A program made the translations under genes and the position numbers. Below, in pieces: positions 9,121 through 17,563 of a stretch of DNA of 64,000 nt. Source of the stretch: Acidimicrobiia bacterium (GTDB taxonomy: Bacteria; Actinomycetota; Acidimicrobiia; Acidimicrobiales; JANYDT01); NCBI GenBank assembly GCA_031418775.1, contig JANOJN010000272.1, forward strand, positions 7,858 to 71,857, in the 5' to 3' direction. Numbering within the stretch: position 1 is the stretch's first letter; each line of letters begins with the position of its first letter. The notes under the pieces are model-generated. The model searched no databases. It was given only the letters and a program-made list of their open reading frames with translations, and was not told the DNA's origin.

Positions 9121-11019
9121 TCAAGCGCGTTCGGCGAGGGTTCCGGCGAGACGGCGGGTTGGAGGCGTGCGGCGACCGCTGTCGCGGACGACCGACTCGC
9201 CTTTCGGTTCCTTCTTCTGCTTCGACTTCTTGGGTGCCTTCCGCGTCCGCTCCATCGTCGTCTCAGCGGCAGCGAGCAGGGCGGCTGATGCGTAATTCGT
9301 TGTCGTCGACGACGCCCGCGCCGGGGTCGGGGCCGGCGCGCGCTCGGCCGCGACAGGGACTTCGACCGGCGACGCTGTCGTGCTGCGCGGCGTTGCGCGC
9401 TTCGCGGATGGCCGGTCACGCTTCGGCACGACAGGAGTCGGATCGGCCTTCGCCGTGGCGCGGGGTCGGGCGACCGGCTTGCGCTTGGCGGGCTGACGCT
9501 TGCCCTTGGAGGCCGCGTTCTCCGTGACTGGCTCGGTGATCGGCTCCGCCTCGACCTGGCGCCGGTTTGCCTTCGTCTTCGGTGCCCCGGTACCGGCCGC
9601 GGGCCGGACGATGGATGCCGACGGCACACGTCCGTCGGGGGTGGTCTTCGCCAACTCGTCCGCCGACACCTCGCGGGCGACACGGGCCTCGCGCGGGAGG
9701 GTCGCCATGATCGCGGCCATGACCCGTTCGGTGTCGGCGCGCACCGACGCCTCGGACGACGCACTCCGCGCAAGGCCGGAGACCGCAGGCCCGAACGTCA
9801 CCGACACGTGACGCGGGTCGGTGACCTGCCACAGATTGGGGACCTTGGCCGAACGGGGCCACACCTGCTCGGTGCCCCACACGCCGCCGGGAATGACCGG
9901 GATGTCGGGAAACAGCGCGGCCAGTCGGCCGACTCCCGTCTTGCCGCGCAGGATCGGGTCGAAGAACTCCTCGCCGCGCGGGATCGTCCCCTGGGGCAGG
10001 ATGACAACGCATTCGCCGGCCTCCAACCGCTCTGCAGCCGCTCGGATCGGGGCGTCAGATCCGGTCCCGCGGTCCACGCGGATGCCACCCATCGCCCGGG
10101 CGAGCTGCCCGACAACCGGCGCGTCGAAGACCTCTTTCTTGCCGAGGAACCGGGCATTGCGGCCCGCCTTCGCGATGGCCAGGGAGATCACGAGGGGATC
10201 GAAATAACTGCGGTGGTTCGTGGCGATGATCACGGCGCCGGTGCGGGGGAGGTGCTCAATCCCGGCAAAGGCGAATCGCACCCCGGGAAAGAACTCCGGG
10301 CGCGTGAACTGGCGGAAGAGGTCGAACGGTTCGATGCCGTTCACCGACGGCACGCCTTCCGGGGTGTCGAGCGAGCGAACGGGCCACCGACGCACGACGG
10401 CAAGTGCCCGAAGGCGGTAGTCCGGGTTCACCGCAGTCGGGCGTCCGACCGCGCCCAGCAGGGGTGCGTCGAAGACCGAATCGGAGTACGCCGCGCTGGC
10501 GTCGAGATCGACGTCGTGCTCGTCCGCCCACGCGGTCACGGCCGCGAGCTTCCCGGGCCCCCACACGAAACCTCCGTCGAGGTCCCCGGTGTAGGTCCCC
10601 TCGAGTTGTCCGTAGCGGGTGGCGACGACGGCGTCGAAACCGAGCCGTCTCGCCAATGGGGCGACGAGGTCGTAGGGCGACGTTGTCGCCAGCACCAACA
10701 GGTCCCCGGAGTCGCGGTGCGAGCGGAGAAGCGCCGGAGCGTAGGGCTGGACCTTCGGGAGGAGCACGTCGGCGGCCCATTCGGCAACCCGGGCGACGTC
10801 GTCGCGGCGGAGTCCCTTCGCCCGTGATGACGCCCGCTTGGCCAGCTGCATCACGAGGTACGACTCGCCGACCAGGTCGAAGAAGCGAAACAGCAGGTCT
10901 TGACCCGGGATGTGAGGCGTCGGCACGCCGAGTTGGGCGAATGCTTCGGCGAACACCGGTCCGCTCGCTCCGGCCAGCAGGGTGCGGTCGAGGTCGAAGA
11001 ACGCGGCGGTCCTGGTCAT
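9121..11019 (-). CDS. HAD-IB hydrolase / lysophospholipid acyltransferase (PlsC) fusion with long basic C-terminal tail
   Basis: AAFFDLDRTL and YSDSVFD (HAD); NHRSYFD, FLGKKE, PQGT (acyltransferase); K/R/A/P-rich tail ~9121-9640. Confidence 0.88.
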   Translation of the reverse strand: MTRTAAFFDLDRTLLAGASGPVFAEAFAQLGVPTPHIPGQDLLFRFFDLVGESYLVMQLAKRASSRAKGLRRDDVARVAEWAADVLLPKVQPYAPALLRSHRDSGDLLVLATTSPYDLVAPLARRLGFDAVVATRYGQLEGTYTGDLDGGFVWGPGKLAAVTAWADEHDVDLDASAAYSDSVFDAPLLGAVGRPTAVNPDYRLRALAVVRRWPVRSLDTPEGVPSVNGIEPFDLFRQFTRPEFFPGVRFAFAGIEHLPRTGAVIIATNHRSYFDPLVISLAIAKAGRNARFLGKKEVFDAPVVGQLARAMGGIRVDRGTGSDAPIRAAAERLEAGECVVILPQGTIPRGEEFFDPILRGKTGVGRLAALFPDIPVIPGGVWGTEQVWPRSAKVPNLWQVTDPRHVSVTFGPAVSGLARSASSEASVRADTERVMAAIMATLPREARVAREVSADELAKTTPDGRVPSASIVRPAAGTGAPKTKANRRQVEAEPITEPVTENAASKGKRQPAKRKPVARPRATAKADPTPVVPKRDRPSAKRATPRSTTASPVEVPVAAERAPAPTPARASSTTTNYASAALLAAAETTMERTRKAPKKSKQKKEPKGESVVRDSGRRTPPTRRLAGTLAERA

Positions 11020-11202
11020 ACCCCAGTCTGTCCTACCCGTTGCCGATGCATCACCGGCCCTTCCCTCTCCGGACGCGATTGACGGGCTGGCGAGGGGGCA
11101 CACCAGCCCGTCGAGTTACAGGATCAGATTGCCCGATGCCGGCTCAGCTGTCGAACAGTTGTCCGTGATGTCTCCGATCATCAGGACAGATGCCTGTTCC
11201 TG

Positions 11203-11235
11203 TTGACACTCCCCCTACCTACTAGTAGGTAGGCT
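11203..11235 (+). promoter_or_regulatory. Perfect 20-bp palindrome (putative operator) overlapping the desaturase promoter
   Basis: CCTACCTACTAGTAGGTAGG at 11214-11233; TTGACA at 11203; TAGGCT at 11230-11235, 7 nt before ATG 11243. Confidence 0.65.
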
Positions 11236-11242
11236 GGCGATC

Positions 11243-12265
11243 ATGCCTTCCACGATGACCGATGTGCGCCCCGAGGACCGGGCGCTGCTGGCGGAACTGT
11301 CGGGTGCAGCAGAGCGTCTGCTGGAGCGCCACCTCGCCACGTCCAAGCCCTGGTACTCCCACGAGATCATCCCCTGGTCGCTCGGGCGGGACTTCGTCCC
11401 CGGCGAAGCCTGGTCGCCCGACGACGTCGTCCTTCCGGATGCCGTCCGGAGCGCGTTGTTCGTCAACCTGCTGACCGAGGACAACCTCCCGTACTACTTC
11501 GAGACCATCGACCGGATGTTCGGCAAGAGCGACATCTGGGGTACCTGGTCGCATCGATGGACGGCGGAAGAGGCACGGCATTCCATCGCCATCCGCGACT
11601 ACCTGGTCGTCACCCGGGCCATCGACCCGTGGACACTCGAAGATGCCCGCATGGGGCAAATGAGCGGCGGTGAGGTGCCCCAGCCGCAGACCGCGGCCGA
11701 CGGGTTCGTCTACGTGGCGCTGCAAGAGCTCGCCACCCGCATCTCTCACCGCAACACCGGCAAGCTGCTGCAGGTCGAGATGGACAAGTCGGAGCATCCC
11801 GCGGCGCGTGCCGGCTACGACGTCATGGCCCGCGTCGCGGCCGACGAGAACTTCCACTACCTCTTCTACCGCGACATCACGTCGGCGGCCATCGAGGTCG
11901 ATCCGTCGTCGGTCGTCTGCGCCATCGACCGCCAGATCAGCGACTTCGAGATGCCGGGCACGGGGATCGTCGGCTTCTCCGAGCACGCTCGGGCGATCGC
12001 CAGCGCCGGGATCTACAACCTGCCGATCCACTACAGCCAAATCCTCGCGCCGGTCGTCCTTCGTCATTGGAACCTCGAAAGCATCGAGGGCCTCAGCGCC
12101 GAGGCCGAGCAGGCCCGCGAGCGCATCGTCACGCTGCTCGGCCGACTCGAGAAGGCGTCGGCGCGGATGAACGAGCGCACGGAGCGGCGGGCGGCGCGCG
12201 CCGAGGCCGACGGCGAGCCGGCCCGCACGGTGATCGCCGCCGACGACGACCTCGTCACCGTCTGA
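11243..12265 (+). CDS. desA1: Acyl-ACP desaturase (DesA1-like, ferritin-fold diiron)
   Basis: NLLTEDNLPYY, WTAEEARH, QELATRISH, DENFH diiron ligands. Confidence 0.9.
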   Translation: MPSTMTDVRPEDRALLAELSGAAERLLERHLATSKPWYSHEIIPWSLGRDFVPGEAWSPDDVVLPDAVRSALFVNLLTEDNLPYYFETIDRMFGKSDIWGTWSHRWTAEEARHSIAIRDYLVVTRAIDPWTLEDARMGQMSGGEVPQPQTAADGFVYVALQELATRISHRNTGKLLQVEMDKSEHPAARAGYDVMARVAADENFHYLFYRDITSAAIEVDPSSVVCAIDRQISDFEMPGTGIVGFSEHARAIASAGIYNLPIHYSQILAPVVLRHWNLESIEGLSAEAEQARERIVTLLGRLEKASARMNERTERRAARAEADGEPARTVIAADDDLVTV

Positions 12266-12355
12266 CGGACCGCCCCGTGGGCTGGTGCCCGAGACGAGCC
12301 GGGCCCGCCGACCCGGCTGTGGCGCGCCGGCTGCATCTGGCGGCCCGTCCCCCGA

Positions 12356-12425
12356 TGCGGCCAAACACCTCCCAGCGCTGTTCGGAGGTGTTTGACCCCC
12401 ATATACGGGGGCAACCTCTCTCCCA
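12356..12425 (+). repeat. Dispersed two-hairpin intergenic element, copy 1
   Basis: TGCGGCCAAACACCTCC-cagcgctgttc-GGAGGTGTTTGACCCCCATATACGGGGGCAACCTCTCTCCCA; matches 26940-27009 and 38763-38832. Confidence 0.85.
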
Positions 12426-12452
12426 CCGGGCTCGGGCCGGTACGGTGGTGGG

Positions 12453-13856
12453 GTGTCTGTCGATCTTGGTGTGGGAGCGTTGTCGACGACGCAGGCGTTG
12501 GCGTTCACCTCTCGGGTGCGGGCCGGGCACAAGGGCATCGTCAGCGCCGGGTTGACCACTCTCGACGGCCGCCTTGACGAACGCGAGATCGTGGCGTTCG
12601 TCATCGAGCAGTCCGACCGCGGGGGTGCGATCGACGCCGACGACGGCGAGGTTCTGGCCGAGGCTGCGCATCTGGCGCGTTCGCTCCGGCGGCCCCTCGT
12701 CGGGGTTCTCCACTCAACGGGCGTCGACGTGAATGCGGGTCTCGCTGCGCTCCATGGCTGGGGGCGCGCCGCCCGGGCGCTGGCGGACTGTTCCGGCCTT
12801 GTGCCGGTCGTGCTCGTGGTCGATGGCGCGGCCGTGTCGGGTGCCGCTCTGCTGCTCGGACTGGCCGACCTCGTGATCATGACCAACGTGTCCTACGCCT
12901 TCGTCAGCGGTCCGTCGATGGTGGCCGACTTCACCGGAATCGTGCTCGACAAGGAGACGCTCGGGGGCGCGGCAACGCACGCCCGCCAGTCCGGCCTTCC
13001 CGCCGCAGTGGTCGACGACGTCGCGTCGGCGCTCGATGTCGTTGCGACACTCCTGTCCTACCTTCCGGACCATGGCGACGCGCTGCCCGCGGCTCTCCCC
13101 ACCGACGACCCGACGGAGCGCACCGCCCCGGAACTCAACGATCTCATCCCGGCCTCGTCGACCGGGAGCTACGACGTGCGGTCCGTCGCCCGCGCCGTGT
13201 GCGATGCCGACTCCGTCTTCGAGGTCCGGGCCCGGTGGGCGCCCAACCTGGTCACGGCATTCGCAACCGTGGGTGGCCAACCGATCGGTATCGTCGCCAA
13301 CCAGCCGCTCGCCCTCGCCGGAACGCTCGACATCGCCGCGGCCCAGAAAGGCGCCTGGTTCGTCGCCCTGTGCGACTCGTTCAACCTTCCGATTCTGACC
13401 CTTGTCGATACGCCGGGCTACTTTCCGGGCAAAGACCTGGAATGGCGGGGAATGATCCGCCACGGTGCGCAGATGGCCTTTGCCTACGCCGAGGCCACCG
13501 TGCCGCGGGTTTGCGTCGTACTGCGCAAGGCCTACGGAGGTGCCTTCATCGTCATGGACTGCAAGACCATGGGCAACGATCTGTGCCTTGCGTGGCCGGT
13601 CGCCGAACTGGCCGTCATGGGGGCCAAGGGCGCCGTACAGATCCTGTACCGCCGCGAGACGGACGAAGAACGACTGGTGCGCGAACTCGATTACGCCGCC
13701 GAGTACCTGAACCCCTACGTTGCCGCCGAGCGTGGCTACGTCGACGCAGTTATCGAACCGGCCGAGACCCGGCGCCTCGTCGCCCGGTCATTCTCCCTAC
13801 TACGCACCAAGCGGGAGATGCTCCGCGGGAAGAAGCACGGCAACTCACCACTATAA
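12453..13856 (+). CDS. Acyl-CoA carboxylase carboxyltransferase (beta) subunit
   Basis: GIVANQP, LTLVDTPGYFPG, RKAYGGA, AVMGAKGA, NPYVAAERGYVDAVIEP, KKHGNSPL. Confidence 0.88.
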   Translation: MSVDLGVGALSTTQALAFTSRVRAGHKGIVSAGLTTLDGRLDEREIVAFVIEQSDRGGAIDADDGEVLAEAAHLARSLRRPLVGVLHSTGVDVNAGLAALHGWGRAARALADCSGLVPVVLVVDGAAVSGAALLLGLADLVIMTNVSYAFVSGPSMVADFTGIVLDKETLGGAATHARQSGLPAAVVDDVASALDVVATLLSYLPDHGDALPAALPTDDPTERTAPELNDLIPASSTGSYDVRSVARAVCDADSVFEVRARWAPNLVTAFATVGGQPIGIVANQPLALAGTLDIAAAQKGAWFVALCDSFNLPILTLVDTPGYFPGKDLEWRGMIRHGAQMAFAYAEATVPRVCVVLRKAYGGAFIVMDCKTMGNDLCLAWPVAELAVMGAKGAVQILYRRETDEERLVRELDYAAEYLNPYVAAERGYVDAVIEPAETRRLVARSFSLLRTKREMLRGKKHGNSPL

Positions 13857-13879
13857 GTGAAGTTCTTCCTCCCTTGGAC

Positions 13880-13907
13880 TAAAGATCCCACTCTGAGTGG
13901 TCGAAAG
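13880..13907 (+). promoter_or_regulatory. Possible sigma28/WhiG-type promoter
   Basis: TAAA(G) at 13880, 16 nt spacer, GTCGAAAG at 13900, close to TAAA-N15/16-GCCGA(T/A)A. Confidence 0.35.
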
Positions 13908-13914
13908 CTGTGAG

Positions 13915-14580
13915 GTGCCCAGCCTTTCCGCTTACGAACGCCTTCCGGTCGCCGCGCCTCGCCGCCGCGGATTCGCCGTTGCGCTTGCCCTGACGCTCGG
14001 CGTCAGCGGCGTGACCGCCGTCGTCGCGCCGACGATGGCGTCGGCGCAGGCGGCCGACCGAGATCCCAACACGCTCGAAGTGCAGTTCATCGCCGGGGTG
14101 AACTCACTTCGGACCAGCCAAGGGCTGGTCCCGTTCATCGTCGACGCCGAGATCCGGCCGGTGGCGATGGGCTGGACGGAGAAGATGGCCGCGGCGGGCA
14201 GCATCTCCCACAACCCCAATCTCGCCAGGGAGATCACGGCGTCGTGGCGCAAGCTGGGCGAGAACGTCGGAACGGGACCCGACGTCCCGTCGGTCGAGGA
14301 CGCCTTCGAGAACAGCCCGGGACATCGCCGGAACCTCCTCGATCCCGAGTTCACGCACGTGTCGATCACGGTTGTGGTCCGAGGCGACCGGATCTTCGTG
14401 ACCCAGCAGTTCCGCACTCCGTCGGCGCCGGTGGCGCCAGCGACTCCGACGGGAGCGCCGACGGAGCTAGCACTTGCGGTCGCGCCGAAGACGATGGCGA
14501 CGGCAACGAAGTCGACCGGGTCGGCGAAGCCGGTCAAGGCCAGCACCCGCCGTCGGGTCCGCCCCGCTTCGCGGGTCTGA
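13915..14580 (+). CDS. Secreted CAP/SCP-domain protein 1
   Basis: Signal peptide; VNSLRTSQGL, ISHNPNL, GENVG, FENSPGHRRNLLDPEFTHV; start uncertain (13897 or 13915). Confidence 0.85.
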   Translation: MPSLSAYERLPVAAPRRRGFAVALALTLGVSGVTAVVAPTMASAQAADRDPNTLEVQFIAGVNSLRTSQGLVPFIVDAEIRPVAMGWTEKMAAAGSISHNPNLAREITASWRKLGENVGTGPDVPSVEDAFENSPGHRRNLLDPEFTHVSITVVVRGDRIFVTQQFRTPSAPVAPATPTGAPTELALAVAPKTMATATKSTGSAKPVKASTRRRVRPASRV

Positions 14581-14725
14581 AGCCGAACACCTTCGGTTCG
14601 TCGGGCGGTTCTCCACGGGTGGCGTGCGCTGCCCGGCCGAGTCGCGAGTCGCAACGAATCCGGGGAACGGCACTCCGTTCGACGCCTGTCACAAAAGAAC
14701 GCCATTCTTCGTACACTCAGTTCCC

Positions 14726-15718
14726 ATGACCAGGACACCACTCCGGAAACGACGCGCTCTGCTGCTCGTCGCCCCAGCCTTCCTTCTCGGCCTCAGCGCG
14801 TGCGGCAGCGATGCGGCCGACACCACCGCGGCACCGGCCGAAACCGAAGCCGTTGCCACCGAGGCGGCACCCGCGGAAACCGAGGCAATGGCCGCCGAGA
14901 CCGAGGCTATGGCCGCAGAAACGGAGGCCGCGGCGGCCGACACCACTGCTGCCCCCGCCATCAGCGCCGACTGTGCGAAGGACAAACTCAGTCTGAAGAA
15001 CGCCGGCACGCTCACCGTCGGCACCGATTCCCCGGCTTATCCGCCGTGGTTCTCCGAGGACGACCCGACCAACGGCAAGGGCTTCGAGAGCGCCGTGGCC
15101 TTCGCCGTAGCCGAAACCCTCGGCTTCACGAAAGAAGAGGTGAAGTGGATCAAGGTGCCGTTCAACTCCTCGTACGCCACGGGCAAGAAGGACTTCGATT
15201 TCGACATCAACCAGATCTCGATCACCGATGAGCGCAAGCAGGCGGTCGACTTCTCCGACGGCTACTTCGACGTCAACCAGGCCGTCGTCGCGCTGAAGGA
15301 TTCGCCGGCCGTCTCGGCGAAGACCGTTGCCGATCTCGCCAAGCTCAAGTTCGGTGTGCAGCAGGGCACCACGAGCCTCCAGTTCGTCACCGACGTCGTG
15401 AAGCCCTCGTCGGAGCCGTTCGTCTACTCGACGAACAATGACGCCAAGGCGGCCCTCGCGGCGAAGCAGATCGATGCCATCGTCCTCGACCTTCCGACCG
15501 CGTTCTACGTGTCGGCGGCCGAGATCGAGGGTTCGGTCGTGGTCGGCCAGTTCCCCAGCCAGGGTGGCGGCGAGCAGTTCGGCATGCTGTTCGAGAAGGG
15601 CAGCCCTCTCACCCCGTGTGTCAACGAGGCACTGGCCGTGCTGAAGTCCTCCGGCAAGCTGGCGGAGATCCAGACCGCTGAGCTGTCGACGGCAACCAAC
15701 GCTCCGGTCTTCGGCTGA
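14726..15718 (+). CDS. Polar amino-acid ABC transporter substrate-binding lipoprotein
   Basis: Lipobox LLGLSAC; LTVGTDSPAYPPW, GFESAVA, DFDINQISITDERK, GVQQGTT. Confidence 0.9.
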   Translation: MTRTPLRKRRALLLVAPAFLLGLSACGSDAADTTAAPAETEAVATEAAPAETEAMAAETEAMAAETEAAAADTTAAPAISADCAKDKLSLKNAGTLTVGTDSPAYPPWFSEDDPTNGKGFESAVAFAVAETLGFTKEEVKWIKVPFNSSYATGKKDFDFDINQISITDERKQAVDFSDGYFDVNQAVVALKDSPAVSAKTVADLAKLKFGVQQGTTSLQFVTDVVKPSSEPFVYSTNNDAKAALAAKQIDAIVLDLPTAFYVSAAEIEGSVVVGQFPSQGGGEQFGMLFEKGSPLTPCVNEALAVLKSSGKLAEIQTAELSTATNAPVFG

Positions 15719-15890
15719 TCGACGTTGCACCCGTCCCCGCTCGCCGATGCCCGGGCCATCGTGGTCCCGGGCACGGCCGGCGAGGCGGAGACCGCGCGCC
15801 GATGTGCCGACGTGACCACGTGAGGCGGGCGTTCTCGGGACGTTCAGAGCCGCGTCGTCCGGTCCGGCCCGAGTCCGGTCGAGGCACGAC

Positions 15891-16700
15891 GTGAGCGGCC
15901 GAACCACTCGCCGCAACGCTGCGGCATGGCGTGGTGGCCTCATCGCCGCGACATCGACCGTTGCGGTGTTCGCCGCGATCATCATCGGGATCACCTCGAC
16001 GCCGGGCTGGTCGAAGTTCCACGAGAGCTTCCTGTCGGGCTTCCACTTCCGCAGGAGCTTCCCGCTGGTGCTGAAGGGCTTCGCCCTCAACGTCCGCGTC
16101 TTCGTCGTCGCGTTCGTGCTCTGCCTGATCCTCGGCATGATCGTGGCGGTCGTCCGGATGATCCCCGGGCCGGCGTTCTTCCCGTTCCGCCTCATCGCCA
16201 TCATCTACACCGACGTGTTCAGGGCGGTTCCATCGATCGTGCTGATCTATCTTTTCGGCTTCGGTGTTCCCGGCCTCGGCCTCGATCGCCCCTGGAACAA
16301 CCCGGTGATCTGGGGCACGGTTGCGATCGTGCTCAACAGCGCGGCCTACGTGGCCGAGGTCTTCCGCTCGGGCATCAGATCGATCCATCCCTCGCAGATG
16401 GCTGCGGCCCGTTCTCTCGGACTGTCACGTGTGCAGGCGCTCCGCTTCGTCATCGTTCCACAGGCGATCCGCCGTGTGATTCCGCCGCTCATCAACGATT
16501 TCATCGCGGTGGTGCAGAGCACGGCCCTGCTGTCGACGCTGGGACCGCTCGAAGCCCTGCGACGCGCCCAGAACTATGCGAGCTTCCGATTCAACTTCAC
16601 CGCGTACCTCGGGGCGACGTTGCTGTTCCTCGCGGTGACGATTCCCTTGGCCCGCCTCGGCGACACCCTCGTCGCCCGCCAGGAGCGTCGGAGCCGATGA
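15891..16700 (+). CDS. Amino-acid ABC transporter permease
   Basis: YTDVFRAVP, AAYVAEVFRSGI, AARSLGLS EAA loop, PQAIRRVIPP. Confidence 0.9.
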   Translation: MSGRTTRRNAAAWRGGLIAATSTVAVFAAIIIGITSTPGWSKFHESFLSGFHFRRSFPLVLKGFALNVRVFVVAFVLCLILGMIVAVVRMIPGPAFFPFRLIAIIYTDVFRAVPSIVLIYLFGFGVPGLGLDRPWNNPVIWGTVAIVLNSAAYVAEVFRSGIRSIHPSQMAAARSLGLSRVQALRFVIVPQAIRRVIPPLINDFIAVVQSTALLSTLGPLEALRRAQNYASFRFNFTAYLGATLLFLAVTIPLARLGDTLVARQERRSR

Positions 16701-17464
16701 ATTCGACCGAACAGGGCGATCGGCAACTGATCGAGCTACGCGACGTCTTCAAGTCGTTCGGGAAGAACCAGGTGCTGAGGGGTGTGGACCTCACCGTACG
16801 TGCACATAGTGTTGTGGGCCTCATCGGTCCATCCGGCTCCGGGAAGTCCACCCTGCTTCGGTGCATCAACCTGCTCGAGCCGGTCGACTCCGGAAGCGTG
16901 TTCGTCGGCGGCATCGAACTCACGGCCGGGGGCGTGGATGCCGATGATGTCCGCAAACGCATCGGCATCGTATTCCAGTCGTTCAACCTGGTCCCGCATC
17001 TCAGCATCCTCGACAACATCACGCTGGCCCCTCGGCGCGTTCGTGGGATCGGCCGCGGCGCGGCAGAAGATGCTGCGCGGGTTCTGCTCGAACGTTTCGG
17101 CCTCCTCGATAAGGCCTCGTCGTTCCCGGACCGACTTTCCGGTGGACAGCAACAGCGGGTCGCGATCATTCGAGCGCTGGCGATGGAACCCGAGGTGATG
17201 CTCTTCGACGAGGTCACGTCAGCGCTCGATCCCGAACTCGTCGGCGAGGTCCTCGCCGCCGTCCGCGAGCTCGCTGCATCGGGCATGACCCTGGTACTGG
17301 CCACCCACGAGATGGGATTCTGCCGCGACGTCGCCGATCAGGTCGCGTTTCTGAAGGACGGTCGGATCGTTGAGCAGGGCCCGCCGGCGAGGCTGTTCAC
17401 CGACCCGCAGCATCCGGACACCCAGCACTTCCTGCGCCGGGTCATCGAGGCCGGCCGCCTGTAG
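16697..17464 (+). CDS. Amino-acid ABC transporter ATP-binding protein (GlnQ family)
   Basis: GPSGSGKST, LSGGQQQRVAI, MLFDEVTSALDPE, THEM; ATGA overlap with permease. Confidence 0.92.
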   Translation: MNSTEQGDRQLIELRDVFKSFGKNQVLRGVDLTVRAHSVVGLIGPSGSGKSTLLRCINLLEPVDSGSVFVGGIELTAGGVDADDVRKRIGIVFQSFNLVPHLSILDNITLAPRRVRGIGRGAAEDAARVLLERFGLLDKASSFPDRLSGGQQQRVAIIRALAMEPEVMLFDEVTSALDPELVGEVLAAVRELAASGMTLVLATHEMGFCRDVADQVAFLKDGRIVEQGPPARLFTDPQHPDTQHFLRRVIEAGRL

Positions 17465-17471
17465 CTCCCAG

Positions 17472-17552
17472 ATCGCCGGCTACCACTGGTTTCGTCGCCC
17501 GCAAGCGCCGTTTCGCCCCCGAATCCGTGCCCAAACTGACGTAGCGGGCGAT
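17472..17552. terminator. Hairpin between convergent genes
   Basis: ATCGCCGGCTAC (17472-17483) pairs with GTAGCGGGCGAT (17541-17552), one mismatch. Confidence 0.45.
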
Positions 17553-17563
17553 GGCCGGAAGAA

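Noticed and set aside
12356-12425. Repeat element read as a conserved 24-aa peptide on the minus strand (GERLPPYMG...LGGVWP)
   Set aside because: Changes between copies include several non-synonymous ones and track hairpin loops. There is no consistent start or stop, so nucleotide structure explains the conservation better.
14820-14940. 7-aa AETEA(M/V)A repeats in the ABC substrate-binding lipoprotein
   Set aside because: Ordinary low-complexity tether after a lipobox.
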